From Sedimentisphaerales bacterium (lineage in GTDB: Bacteria; Planctomycetota; Phycisphaerae; Sedimentisphaerales; SM23-30), in the NCBI GenBank assembly GCA_963663965.2, contig CAXXFK010000020.1, forward strand, positions 256,001 through 320,000: 64,000 nt of DNA, written 5' to 3'. The notes under the pieces are model-generated. The model ran no database searches. It saw nothing but the letters and a program-made list of their open reading frames with translations, and was not told where the DNA came from. Both the position numbers and the translations under genes were made by a program. Position 1 is the stretch's first letter; each line of letters begins with the position of its first letter. Shown here one piece after another: positions 42,801 through 53,029 of this stretch.

Positions 42801-43808
42801 TTAGCAGATTCGTGGCAATTCTTCGCCATAAGGCCTTAATATGACCCGGCGTCCCCCGATTTTGGTTATCAAGGTAGCGCCCGGCCGGCCGGTTTTGACT
42901 TCACCGATCATTGAAACATTTTTTCCTAATGGATGATTTTGACAGATTTTGACAGCCTTATCGGCATCTTCCGCGCTGACAACGATCACACATTTGCCTT
43001 CATTGGCAATGGTCAGTGGATCCAGACCCAGTAATTCAGCCACATGTCGCGCGGTCCGGGTAATTGGTAACCGGGCTTCTTCGATCTCAATCGCCAGGGA
43101 GCTGCTTTGCGCCAGATCCGCCACCAATCCCGCCACTCCCCCACGGGTGGCATCCCGAATAAAACGAATGGCCAATCCCGCCTCCAGCAGTTCAGCAATT
43201 AATCCATTGAGTGGTGCGGCATCAGTGGCCAATTCGCTTTGCAGGTTCAATCCTTCTCGCACCGCCATGATTGCCAGGCCATGCTCAGCCAGGTTGCCGT
43301 TGATCAGTATCTTATCCCCCGGTTCGATTTGTCCGGGTGACAGATCTAGTCCTGCCGGCAAAATACCAATCCCGCTGGTATTGATATACATATTTCCGCC
43401 GCTGGTCCGTTCGATTACCTTGGTATCACCCGTGACCACCTGGACTCCGGCTTGCCGGGCAGTCCGGGCAATTGAATCGACAATCTGTTCCAGGGTGGAA
43501 ATGGCCAGACCTTCTTCAATAATAAAACCCAGTGACAACCATTTCGGCACAGCTCCCATGACTGCCAGATCATTCACCGTGCCACAGACCGCCAGTGTTC
43601 CGATATCACCCCCGGGAAATATCAACGGCGTAATGACATAAGAGTCGGTGGTATAACAGATTCGGCCACCTTTGGGATCCAGCACGGCGCTATCCCCCAT
43701 TGCGTCCAGTATGGTATTGGATAACCTGGGCGCGATGATCTCTTCAATCAATCGATGGGTCAGTTCACCCCCACCACCATGCGCCATTAATATGGTATCG
43801 TGTTCCAA
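42801..43808 (-). CDS. hypE: Hydrogenase maturation protein HypE
   Basis: AHGGGG, TTDSYV, GTVNDLA, RDATRGG, C-terminal LPRIC. Confidence 0.96.
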   Translation of the reverse strand: MEHDTILMAHGGGGELTHRLIEEIIAPRLSNTILDAMGDSAVLDPKGGRICYTTDSYVITPLIFPGGDIGTLAVCGTVNDLAVMGAVPKWLSLGFIIEEGLAISTLEQIVDSIARTARQAGVQVVTGDTKVIERTSGGNMYINTSGIGILPAGLDLSPGQIEPGDKILINGNLAEHGLAIMAVREGLNLQSELATDAAPLNGLIAELLEAGLAIRFIRDATRGGVAGLVADLAQSSSLAIEIEEARLPITRTARHVAELLGLDPLTIANEGKCVIVVSAEDADKAVKICQNHPLGKNVSMIGEVKTGRPGATLITKIGGRRVILRPYGEELPRIC

Positions 43809-43811
43809 ATC

Positions 43812-44909
43812 CTATCTCGTCTCGTCTTGAGTTTCTACATTGCCATATTTAAACCAGGCGGCGCAGGTCCCTTCAGAGCTGACCATGCAGGGTCCAACCG
43901 GATTCCCAGGAGTGCAACGCTTGCCGAATAAGGCACATTCAGGCGGTTCGATTTTTCCCATAATCACTTCACCGCAACGACATCCTGGCAAACAGTCATC
44001 CGTTTCGGTATCTACCTGATAACGCAAGGCCGCATCTAATTCACGATAATCTGGTTTTAAACGCATACCGCTATTGGGAATAGAACCAATCGCCCGCCAG
44101 GGCGCCGGGCAACTCTCGAAAACGTCTGCCAAAGCCTTTTGCGCGTAAGGATTACCTTCCGGGCGTACCACCTGAGGATAAGCATTCACAACTTCAGGTC
44201 TTTTTTCAACAACCAGGGTGACGGCTTTTTCAATACCCTGCAAAATCTGGAGCGGCTCGAACCCGGTGATAACACAGGGTTTATGATAATCGTGGGCAAA
44301 AGTCTGATAGGCATCTGCACCAATCACGATACTCACATGGCCCGGACATAAAAATGCGTCAATCGCCAGATCAGGCAGGCCCGCGATAAATTCCAGGGCA
44401 GGCATCACCCATTTATGAGCACACAGAAAACTGACATTTTTCAGATTGGCCTGTCTGGCCTGTAAAACCGCAGCCGCCGTAGCCGGTGCGGTTGTCTCAA
44501 AACCAATCGCCAGGAATACGAATTCACGGGCGGGTTCTTTTTGCGCAGCTTTGAGCATATCCAAAGGGGACATGACGACGCGGATATCCCCGCCGACGGC
44601 CCTTTGACGCGCCAGACTGCCATGATGTCCGGGAACACGGACCATATCGCCGTAAGTGCAAATGACCAGATCCTTTTGCTGACTTAAAGAAATGGCAGCA
44701 TCGATATAGCCCTGGCAGGTCACACAAACCGGACATCCCGGCCCGCTGATTAATTTCACTTCAGGGGGCAGAAGAGATTTGATGCCATGACGCATTATAG
44801 AAACGGTATGGGTACCGCATACTTCCATGATCCGAATGGTTGCTTTGTGGGCTGTCTTATCCCGGATCGTATTCAGGAGGACTTCAATTTGCCGGGGTAA
44901 TGTCTTCAT
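43812..44909 (-). CDS. hypD: Hydrogenase maturation protein HypD
   Basis: MEVCGTHT, GPGCPVCV, GFETT, PGHVS, CMVSSEGTCAA. Confidence 0.96.
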   Translation of the reverse strand: MKTLPRQIEVLLNTIRDKTAHKATIRIMEVCGTHTVSIMRHGIKSLLPPEVKLISGPGCPVCVTCQGYIDAAISLSQQKDLVICTYGDMVRVPGHHGSLARQRAVGGDIRVVMSPLDMLKAAQKEPAREFVFLAIGFETTAPATAAAVLQARQANLKNVSFLCAHKWVMPALEFIAGLPDLAIDAFLCPGHVSIVIGADAYQTFAHDYHKPCVITGFEPLQILQGIEKAVTLVVEKRPEVVNAYPQVVRPEGNPYAQKALADVFESCPAPWRAIGSIPNSGMRLKPDYRELDAALRYQVDTETDDCLPGCRCGEVIMGKIEPPECALFGKRCTPGNPVGPCMVSSEGTCAAWFKYGNVETQDETR

Positions 44910-45147
44910 CGAGACCTTCGGTGATTTGGCTGAGATAGTCCCAGATTTCACGGGCATCTTCTTCTGTGACAATTTCCAGGGCCTGGCCGGCATGAACCAG
45001 AATATAGTCCCCGACTTTGGCCTGGGGGGTATAGAGCAAGCTGACTTCAGTGATCGTACCGTTCAGATCAGCCTTTCCAATAGGCCCGATGATATTGTCA
45101 GCCGGTTCGATAATCTCGGTTAACTTGATTGGGACAGCTAAACACAT
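44884..45147 (-). CDS. hypC: Hydrogenase maturation chaperone HypC
   Basis: MCLAVP N-terminus, VGDYILVHAG. Confidence 0.95.
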   Translation of the reverse strand: MCLAVPIKLTEIIEPADNIIGPIGKADLNGTITEVSLLYTPQAKVGDYILVHAGQALEIVTEEDAREIWDYLSQITEGLDEDITPAN

Positions 45148-45724
45148 GCGGCGAGAGCCTTTCCGTTGATAAGAATTATTGCCGGGAATCTGTAGCGGTC
45201 AGACCCGGGAACAGAACCAGGTAATGTAGTCAAAAGGGTTATTATATATAAGGATAGCCACAAATACAACTATTGGGGCAGATTTAAGACTGAATATTAC
45301 AAATGGCTTTGTTTAGATCAGGCCTGATTCGCTTCCATTATGAGGCGCCTGAATATCTGACCCAATCCAATCATCCGGTCCAATCCTCCAAATGGAAATA
45401 TTGGCAGATATTTCAGCATTCATAACTAATTTTAAAATATAATGTTACAATTAAAATCGTCAGATTTGGGTTCGTTTGGTCTTGAGTAGGGTTTTATTGT
45501 GCCATCTGGGCTGTCCATATTGGGCCGATTCAACACCCTTTTTCAGGAAATCAGGAAAATAGATACTTGAATTTCAGACTGAAGTTTACAATAATGGAAA
45601 TAAAAGAGCGAGTTTATCGTTGACAAAAAAGATGAAATTTCTGAAAATAGATCGTCTATTGGACAGTTAATTTAATGAAGCCCGGGTTAAGTGTCCGGGG
45701 GGACTTTGGTCATTTTTTGAGGTT

Positions 45725-47272
45725 TTGCGGAAAATGGTTAGCCTTCTGGCTGCGACTTTAGTTTTCAGCCCGCTGAGACTGGGCGGATGCGTTTTATGGT
45801 TTTATTTGTGCCTGTATTGCATTGAGTATTCTCAGCATTATCCCTGGATGGCACAAAAGAACCGGCGCTTTACCCATCTTCTCATGCTGATTGCAGGACC
45901 GCTGGTCATATTCACGCTCTATGTTACCTATGCCGCCAGGCAGACAGCGGCAATGAATGGTAATCTGTTCGATTTTTTTGAGATCTTAACAGGTCGTGTT
46001 AAAAAAATCGTCACGATCAAGGACAATACCGAATATCCAATCAAATTACTGGACATGCATGGGCGGGGAATGGCCAGTGTCCTGGCAGCCGATTCCCAGG
46101 ATCGTCAGATCGGTAATGTGTTAAAGACTACGGAAAACCTGGTGCGCCATGCCCTGCTGGATAATGCCAGTGATATTCTGGTCACACCAACCAATGACGG
46201 TTATCATGTCCGGCTTCGGATCGATGGGATGATGTCGCCGCTGGATGAGTTGGAATATAATGACGGCCTGGCGGTGGTCAGCAGTATCAAGGCCATTTCC
46301 GGCCTGGATATCGCCGAGAAACGCCGGCCCCAGGATGGCATGTTTTCGGCCCTGACTCCGGATGGCAATGTTTCATTTCGCGTGAACAGCACTGGAGTAC
46401 TCAACGGCGAAAAGGTCTCCATTCGCGTGTTGAGCAGCATGTGCCGGCTGGGAAAAATTGAAAACCTGGGCATCAGCGCTGAAGAACAGAAAATCATCCG
46501 TTCCACGCTCCAGCGCCAGAACGGTATGATCCTGGTCTGCGGACCAACCGGCAGCGGCAAGAGCACAACCATTCACGCCATGCTGCGTACGATCGACTGT
46601 CAGCTACGCAATGTCATTACGATAGAAGATCCGATCGAATATGTTTTACCCGACGCCAGCCAGATCGAAATCAATCCCAAAGCCGATATTACCTTTGCCT
46701 CGGCCTTGCGCAGTGTCATGCGTCAGGATCCCGATGTCATCTCCATTGGAGAAATCCGGGACCAGGAAACGGCCGCCATTGCGCTACAGGCGTCACAAAC
46801 CGGTCATCTGGTACTGGCCACCCTGCATAGTAACAGTAATTTGTCGACCGTTGTGCGACTGCTCGACTTTGGCATCAAACCCTTGCTGCTGGCCAGTTCG
46901 CTGGATATCGTCATTTCGCAACGGCTTTTGCGCCAGCTATGCCCGGATTGCAAGGCCCCGGCCAAGCTTTCCCGTAACAAAGCCTCCACGCTATCCGCGC
47001 GCGGTATCGATCCAACCGTGGTCATGGGTCCGGTGGGCTGTCCCAAATGCAACCAAAGCGGTTATCGGGGTCGAACGGGAATTTTTGACCTGCTGGTCAT
47101 CGATAATGAAATGAAAAACCTGCTCTCTCTGGAAAGTTTTACCAGGGAATCGCTGATGGATAAATACAGCCACGACCATCGAAACCGATTGCAGAAAAGG
47201 GCCATCCGGCTGTTGCTGAATCAACAAACCTCGCTGGATGAAATAAAACGGATCATTACAAATGTGGGATGA
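45725..47272 (+). CDS. GspE/PilB-family traffic ATPase with N-terminal hydrophobic segments
   Basis: ASDI, RLRIDG, LDIAEKRRPQDG, Walker A GPTGSGKST, TIEDPIEY, RQDPDVISIGEIRD, TGHLVLATLH, CPDC/CPKC; start codon uncertain. Confidence 0.88.
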   Translation: MRKMVSLLAATLVFSPLRLGGCVLWFYLCLYCIEYSQHYPWMAQKNRRFTHLLMLIAGPLVIFTLYVTYAARQTAAMNGNLFDFFEILTGRVKKIVTIKDNTEYPIKLLDMHGRGMASVLAADSQDRQIGNVLKTTENLVRHALLDNASDILVTPTNDGYHVRLRIDGMMSPLDELEYNDGLAVVSSIKAISGLDIAEKRRPQDGMFSALTPDGNVSFRVNSTGVLNGEKVSIRVLSSMCRLGKIENLGISAEEQKIIRSTLQRQNGMILVCGPTGSGKSTTIHAMLRTIDCQLRNVITIEDPIEYVLPDASQIEINPKADITFASALRSVMRQDPDVISIGEIRDQETAAIALQASQTGHLVLATLHSNSNLSTVVRLLDFGIKPLLLASSLDIVISQRLLRQLCPDCKAPAKLSRNKASTLSARGIDPTVVMGPVGCPKCNQSGYRGRTGIFDLLVIDNEMKNLLSLESFTRESLMDKYSHDHRNRLQKRAIRLLLNQQTSLDEIKRIITNVG

Positions 47273-47319
47273 CACACGAAACCTCTGGCCTAGGACTGAA
47301 TCCTATACAGGACCATAAC

Positions 47320-47910
47320 ATGCTATTTACGATTACGCTGATTATCGGGGGCTTATGCGCCTGGCGGCTGTCAAACCAGGGCTTTATCGCTTTATGGGCG
47401 CATTTTTTCAACTCCCTGGTCTCGATTTACCTGGGCATTATGAGTTATCCAACCGTTCGTAACTTTTTCCCGGAATCCGTACAAACACCCTGGCTGCAAT
47501 TCATCGGCACCCTTGGGGTGGCGGCGCTGGTATTTATCATTACTCATCAATTAGTCAATTTATATCTGGCCGGCGCGTTCCGGCTGGAAACACCCGCAAT
47601 CGTGGAAAAATTCGGCACACCCATTCTGGGTTTTCTGGTCGGTTATACCCTCAGCGGTTTTGTATTATTTACGACCGGGTCATTGCCTATCGTTCGCTAT
47701 GGCCTGGCGGACACCAGCACGGTCAATTTTTCCGAAAGTCGCCAGAATGTCCTGTTTACCTGCAATCTCGTCAGCCACCTGTCCCGACAGCATATCGACG
47801 GCCCGGAAAACAACCTGAGGATTATCAACGCACTAAGCGAAGGGGTCTATTTCCTGCCAACCAATAAAAAGGCACCCTCCACCGTAAATACAATCCCGAC
47901 TAATCAATAA
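47320..47910 (+). CDS. CvpA-like membrane protein
   Basis: About four hydrophobic segments with CvpA-like spacing (QGFI.., ..GTPILGFLVG); weak similarity only. Confidence 0.5.
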   Translation: MLFTITLIIGGLCAWRLSNQGFIALWAHFFNSLVSIYLGIMSYPTVRNFFPESVQTPWLQFIGTLGVAALVFIITHQLVNLYLAGAFRLETPAIVEKFGTPILGFLVGYTLSGFVLFTTGSLPIVRYGLADTSTVNFSESRQNVLFTCNLVSHLSRQHIDGPENNLRIINALSEGVYFLPTNKKAPSTVNTIPTNQ

Positions 47911-48004
47911 TCACTCGGGATCAGATAACCGTTCGGACGATCTTTGCGATTAAGGGTGTCCAGAATATACCCATCGGTTATGGAAAGGGCCGGGCGCAGT
48001 CGAC

Positions 48005-48268
48005 TCACTCCAATACCCTCACCCGCTCCTGAATATAAAGCAATTTAATCCGCTTTTTGATGTAATCTTTCTCCATGAACGCCTGTCGATACTGAATCTC
48101 CTGTTCATAGGATCGCTCCCGGCCGGGCTGTTGATGGCGGGCGATATGGTTTTGGATAGTCGCATCGCTAAACAAACCAAGCCGGGCTTTACAGGCGTCG
48201 CAGATCGGGTACCCAAACAGTTCGGTCCCGGGCTGGCCGCATTGGAAACAGGGGTCTGATGTGCTCAT
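48005..48268 (-). CDS. Small hypothetical protein with CxxC...CxxC motif
   Basis: CFQC and CDAC; start overlaps the kinase stop; GAGG RBS. Confidence 0.6.
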   Translation of the reverse strand: MSTSDPCFQCGQPGTELFGYPICDACKARLGLFSDATIQNHIARHQQPGRERSYEQEIQYRQAFMEKDYIKKRIKLLYIQERVRVLE

Positions 48269-50496
48269 AGAATATCCTCTTTAACTGACTGAGCTTTTTG
48301 TGATCTGAAGTGAATAGGCTCCGTCACAGTCTCCCGACCCGTTAAATGAACCGGGTTCTGAATATAACTTGCCAGAATTTTTTTCAGAGCCTCTTGCTCA
48401 ATGGGTTTGGAAAGAAAGTCATTGAATCCGGCCTTCAGACACCGGTCCCGGTCCTGGGGCATGGCGCCGGCCGTAATGGCAACAACGGGCGCGGTAACGC
48501 CTTTTTCCCGGAGTTGTTCCAGCGCTTCATAACCATTCATATCCGGCATTTGGATATCCATAAAAACAAGATCATACCGGTTCGCCAGACATTCCTGGAC
48601 CGCAAGAGAGCCATTTGGGGTAATAGCAACGTTGATCCCCATTTTCTCCAATACTTTTCTCAGGTAGATTTGATTAACCGGATCATCTTCCGCCACCAGA
48701 ATTCTGGCGGCATCATTCAGCCGCTTGCCATCCCTGATGTCATCCGGCCGGAGGGTTAAACCGGATTGGTAGTCGCGGGGCGATTGAACCAGATCCACTC
48801 CTGCAGGTATGACCAGGGAAAACACCGAGCCCCGGCCCACTTCACTAGTCAGACTCAAGCCCCCTCCCAACAATTCGGCCAGCCGCCGGGTAATGGTCAG
48901 GCCCAGGCCCGTTCCGCCATATTTTCGGGTGGTGGTCCCATCGGCCTGAACAAACGGATGAAAAACCGCTTCCTGCTTTTCCGGCGATATGCCAATGCCG
49001 GTATCCTCTACATCGAAGCGAATCCAGGGCGTATTATGTCTTTTTTCCACAGAGACCCTGACATAAACATGCCCCCGTTCGGTAAATTTAATGGCGTTAC
49101 TGACCAGGTTGATCATACACTGATTTAATCGCGTGGGATCGGTTCGTATCTGTATCGGTAAATCCCCGGCCTTGATCACCTGAAAATCCAATCCTTTTTC
49201 TTCCGCCTCGGGCCTCATCATGGATTCGATCGAATGGATAATTTCATCCAGCGTGCAATCCATCATCTCAATATCGATTTTACCCGCCTCAATTTTGGAT
49301 ATGTCCAGTATGTCATTGATGAGCCGAAGCAGATTCCGGCCGGAAAATTTGATAATATCAACATATTCCTTTTGTTCCGGCGTCAGGTTCTCTTCGGATA
49401 AGATATCGGAAAATCCAATAATCCCATTCATGGGCGTGCGAATTTCGTGACTCATATTGGCCAGAAACTGGCTTTTAGCGGCATTCGCCGTTTTCTCCTG
49501 TTTCTCGGTCAATATCTTTTTACGCAGCAGGTAACAAAATATCGCCAGAATGAAGCCGGTTACATGAATCATGATTACGCCGATATAATCCATAATACTA
49601 TTGGCGGTCGGATAAGCGGTTATTTGACTTTGATCTGTCGGCGCCGTCACCAGATACCACTGCACCGCATCCAGGATGTCCAGTTTGACCATCGAGTGGG
49701 GATATCCATTGAACTCCGGCCGCCCCGTAATATCGGCCACAATATTTCCTGCTTTCCAATCTTTAATCTGCGTTTCAAGCCATGTCACTACATTCGCATT
49801 CGCCACTCTACAGGAAAATAAATCGCCCCGTTCATTGAGCAAGGCCGCGGTATCGCCGAAATCGCCACTTTCAAGTACATTGGCCAGCTTTTTGACAGGA
49901 ATCATCACCGACACGATACCGGCGAATTCTCTGTCGTGATATACCGGTACGGAATAGAGAATTCCAAGCTCATTCTTACCAGGTGTAATGGGGGAACTGA
50001 TCTGGACCTTCAAGGTGGGATCATCGGCGAACTTACTGATATGCTCAATCAGCGTCTCATAGTCTTCCTGCTCGCTTTCCAGATCGTACACATTCTCTGC
50101 GACGGGGTTCGGTTCCCCATACTCATAAGCAATCAAGGGGGGAGCGGTCCCATCAAAATTCCGTTTAACAATATAGATCTTCGTTAATCCGTGTTGACCA
50201 TATTGCTCTTCATAGATGGCGCCGACGAACAATTCTGCCGTCTGGCTCATTGCTTTGACATCTTCGTGCAAACTGACAAACCCGGGAAACGATCCAATGT
50301 TATCAAAATAATCTTCGATCCGCTCCTTCAGATTAATCTCTTTTAAAACCCCTACCTGGTGAATCTGGTCTTTCAGCTGCTGATGCTGCATCGTACTGCT
50401 CAATCCAAAATGGGCGGCACAGACCACCGAGATGATGATCACTCCCCATGAAACCACCGGTAAAAAATGAATCGCAATGTTTTCTCTTCGGTTCAT
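48265..50496 (-). CDS. Hybrid sensor histidine kinase/response regulator
   Basis: Two TM helices around a periplasmic domain; [37 protein letters not shown]; receiver with AEDD, MDIQMP, KP. Confidence 0.93.
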   Translation of the reverse strand: MNRRENIAIHFLPVVSWGVIIISVVCAAHFGLSSTMQHQQLKDQIHQVGVLKEINLKERIEDYFDNIGSFPGFVSLHEDVKAMSQTAELFVGAIYEEQYGQHGLTKIYIVKRNFDGTAPPLIAYEYGEPNPVAENVYDLESEQEDYETLIEHISKFADDPTLKVQISSPITPGKNELGILYSVPVYHDREFAGIVSVMIPVKKLANVLESGDFGDTAALLNERGDLFSCRVANANVVTWLETQIKDWKAGNIVADITGRPEFNGYPHSMVKLDILDAVQWYLVTAPTDQSQITAYPTANSIMDYIGVIMIHVTGFILAIFCYLLRKKILTEKQEKTANAAKSQFLANMSHEIRTPMNGIIGFSDILSEENLTPEQKEYVDIIKFSGRNLLRLINDILDISKIEAGKIDIEMMDCTLDEIIHSIESMMRPEAEEKGLDFQVIKAGDLPIQIRTDPTRLNQCMINLVSNAIKFTERGHVYVRVSVEKRHNTPWIRFDVEDTGIGISPEKQEAVFHPFVQADGTTTRKYGGTGLGLTITRRLAELLGGGLSLTSEVGRGSVFSLVIPAGVDLVQSPRDYQSGLTLRPDDIRDGKRLNDAARILVAEDDPVNQIYLRKVLEKMGINVAITPNGSLAVQECLANRYDLVFMDIQMPDMNGYEALEQLREKGVTAPVVAITAGAMPQDRDRCLKAGFNDFLSKPIEQEALKKILASYIQNPVHLTGRETVTEPIHFRSQKAQSVKEDIL

Positions 50497-51038
50497 CTCT
50501 AAGCGATCGATCATTCCAGAATTTCCAATAATGACATTTTTGACTCAATTTTTCGCCTGACGCATGAATACAGCCGAACTGAGATAATTTATTTTATCCA
50601 GCATCAATTTGTCCGTCAATTGGATTGCAATTAACTATTCATAAAGCCGTTTAATCGGTATAAACTGTTTCAATCTTCAAGCCGTCCGGGAATTACCGGC
50701 CGGTTTAGATTGGTACCGCTGACCAGAAATCGACACCATCATGGCTTTATACCCAATGGGTATGAAAATTCCTGATCGCTCGAAAGATAAATTTTTACTC
50801 GTATAGAACTGATATCACGGCCCAGCGGGCATCTTCAATTGTAAGCTGTATGATCCAAATGCTCTAAGATCTGTTATAATCATAACATAAGGCCGTTAAA
50901 GCAAAGACTGGCAACCTGGTTGCTCAGATCTTTTTAATTGATTCAATGAAACAATGAGTTAGTATGGATATTTTATGAACGATGGCATTCAATCTTGCCC
51001 ATTTTAACCTTTACCCGTTTAAACCTGAGGAAACCAAT

Positions 51039-51920
51039 ATGGAAAATTCCAACCAAACCCTGTCAAGAAGAGCCTTTATGGGCGGTGTCGCCGCGGTGGC
51101 GGCGTCGACTGCCATGCCGAAAATCGCCCTGGCGGCCGAGGTTGCCAAGCCCAACTCAAAATTCAACGGTGTCCAGATCGGCGCCATCACCTACAGTTAC
51201 CGCTCCCTGCCCGGTTCGGCCGAAGATATTCTCAAATACGTCACCCAATGCGGCATCAGTTCCATCGAATTAATGGACGGCCCGGCCGTGCAATACGCCA
51301 AGGCCCATGCCAGCGGATCCGATCCCATGAGTGGTTTCAAGGCCCTACGCCAGTTTTATAACGACGCCGGCGTTAATATCCACATTATCAAGTTCGGCAA
51401 TATCGGCGATAAGAACATGAGCGATGAGCAGATCGATTATTGCTTCAACGTGGCCAAGACCCTGGGCGCCCAAGGCATTACCCGTGAATTATCCGAAGAG
51501 GCCGCCAAAAAACTGGGCCCCATCGCCGACAAACACAAAATCTGGATCGGCTTCCACAATCATACCCAGCTTAAACCCGATACCTACGATGGCCCCATTC
51601 TGTCCTACGGCAAATACCTCGGCATCAATCTGGATATCGGCCACTTCGTCGCCGGTACCAACTGTTCGCCGATCCCCCTGATCGAAAAGTATAAGGACAG
51701 AATCCTCAGCCTGCATATCAAGGACCGCAAAGTCAATAACGGGCCCAATATGCCCCTGGGCCAGGGCGATACCCCGGTCGCGCTCGTCCTTCAGTACATG
51801 AAGCGGAACAAACTGACCTTCCCGGCCGATATCGAGCTGGAATATAACGTCCCTAAAGATTCCGACGCGATCAAAGAAGTCACCAATTGCGTGCAGTTCT
51901 GCAAAGATTCGCTGAAATAA
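51039..51920 (+). CDS. Tat-exported sugar phosphate isomerase/epimerase (TIM barrel)
   Basis: SRRAFM Tat motif; FHNH, NLDIGH, HIKD, IELEY. Confidence 0.85.
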   Translation: MENSNQTLSRRAFMGGVAAVAASTAMPKIALAAEVAKPNSKFNGVQIGAITYSYRSLPGSAEDILKYVTQCGISSIELMDGPAVQYAKAHASGSDPMSGFKALRQFYNDAGVNIHIIKFGNIGDKNMSDEQIDYCFNVAKTLGAQGITRELSEEAAKKLGPIADKHKIWIGFHNHTQLKPDTYDGPILSYGKYLGINLDIGHFVAGTNCSPIPLIEKYKDRILSLHIKDRKVNNGPNMPLGQGDTPVALVLQYMKRNKLTFPADIELEYNVPKDSDAIKEVTNCVQFCKDSLK

Positions 51921-51937
51921 ACATTAAATTGACCATT

Positions 51938-51978
51938 AAAAAAATCAGGCCGGTTATGCTTCCCCGCCTGATTTTTTT
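51938..51978 (+). terminator. Rho-independent (bidirectional-type) terminator
   Basis: AAAAAAATCAGGC...GCCTGATTTTTTT just after the stop codon. Confidence 0.75.
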
Positions 51979-53029
51979 GTGTAACTATCTATTAATAATG
52001 AAGTTAATTAAGTTCGGCTAATCTACCACATTAACCACATAGAATATATTGTTAATGTTTTTTAATTCATAAAACATAAAATATCCATAATATTCTTTGA
52101 GATGACACAGTCAACTCTGAGAATCTTTGAAATTCAGAAAATTCAATTGGTGTTTCGAAGAAAATATGGTATAAAATTAGATGGAATTTCACATTTAAAT
52201 ATTCTGGGTAAATGACTTTGCTTTTAGCATAGGGAATACCCGGTATCAGTCGATTTTAGCAAGGAACGCGTGGTGGCGTTTCTGCAAAAAAGGTATGACA
52301 GAATTTTATAATCTGTTGCGTACGAACAGCAACCTGTAAAGTGTATTTTTTACACTGGACCAATCAAAGGAGTTGATTATGCGGAGACTTTGACGGTCTT
52401 GAAGGTTATTGCGAGATAGAGATATTGCTTATCTAATATATCCCAATCAATTTTGAATATACCGTTTGGGGTCAGACAGTTCAACCAGGTTCCATCGTTA
52501 TCCTTTAGGTGGGTATGTATAGTATCAGGAGACATGATCACTTTCCCTGCTTTCAGGAAGCAGCTGCTTGCATGGCAGGATCAGTGGAATATCAGTCGCA
52601 AGCAATAATCAATATCGATATAACCGGCAAAGGCTAACATTAAATCACCCTGCTGGAGAAGGTGGAAGAGTGAAATAAGTGAACGGCTGACGCGGTGGAT
52701 AAAGCGCCCGCGTATTATCATTGTGAATAAAACGACAATAGTATTTCAGCCGGCAAACGGAGCCAGAAAATGAACAATACCCCTTATAAAAATGATATGA
52801 ATAATGGATCGGAATTGAATCAGGATAATTTAACTTTTGTTACTATTTTTTTCCAGTGGGATATTTTGAAAGGAATTTCACTCAAATTTCGCCATAATTA
52901 AATTACAGGTAACAAATCAAAAGGAACTGTCTTTTCACTATAAAGGAGAATGCTACTCATGAAGTAACTATGGTGTCGCGTCTTGTGTGTTCTAACCGTA
53001 AACTTTACTTATTTCAGGGATTTCAGACG

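Noticed and set aside
52620..52780. Possible c-di-GMP-I riboswitch (GGCAAA motifs) in the LamG leader
   Set aside because: No matching GAAA-capped P2 stem or GACGCAAAG junction found
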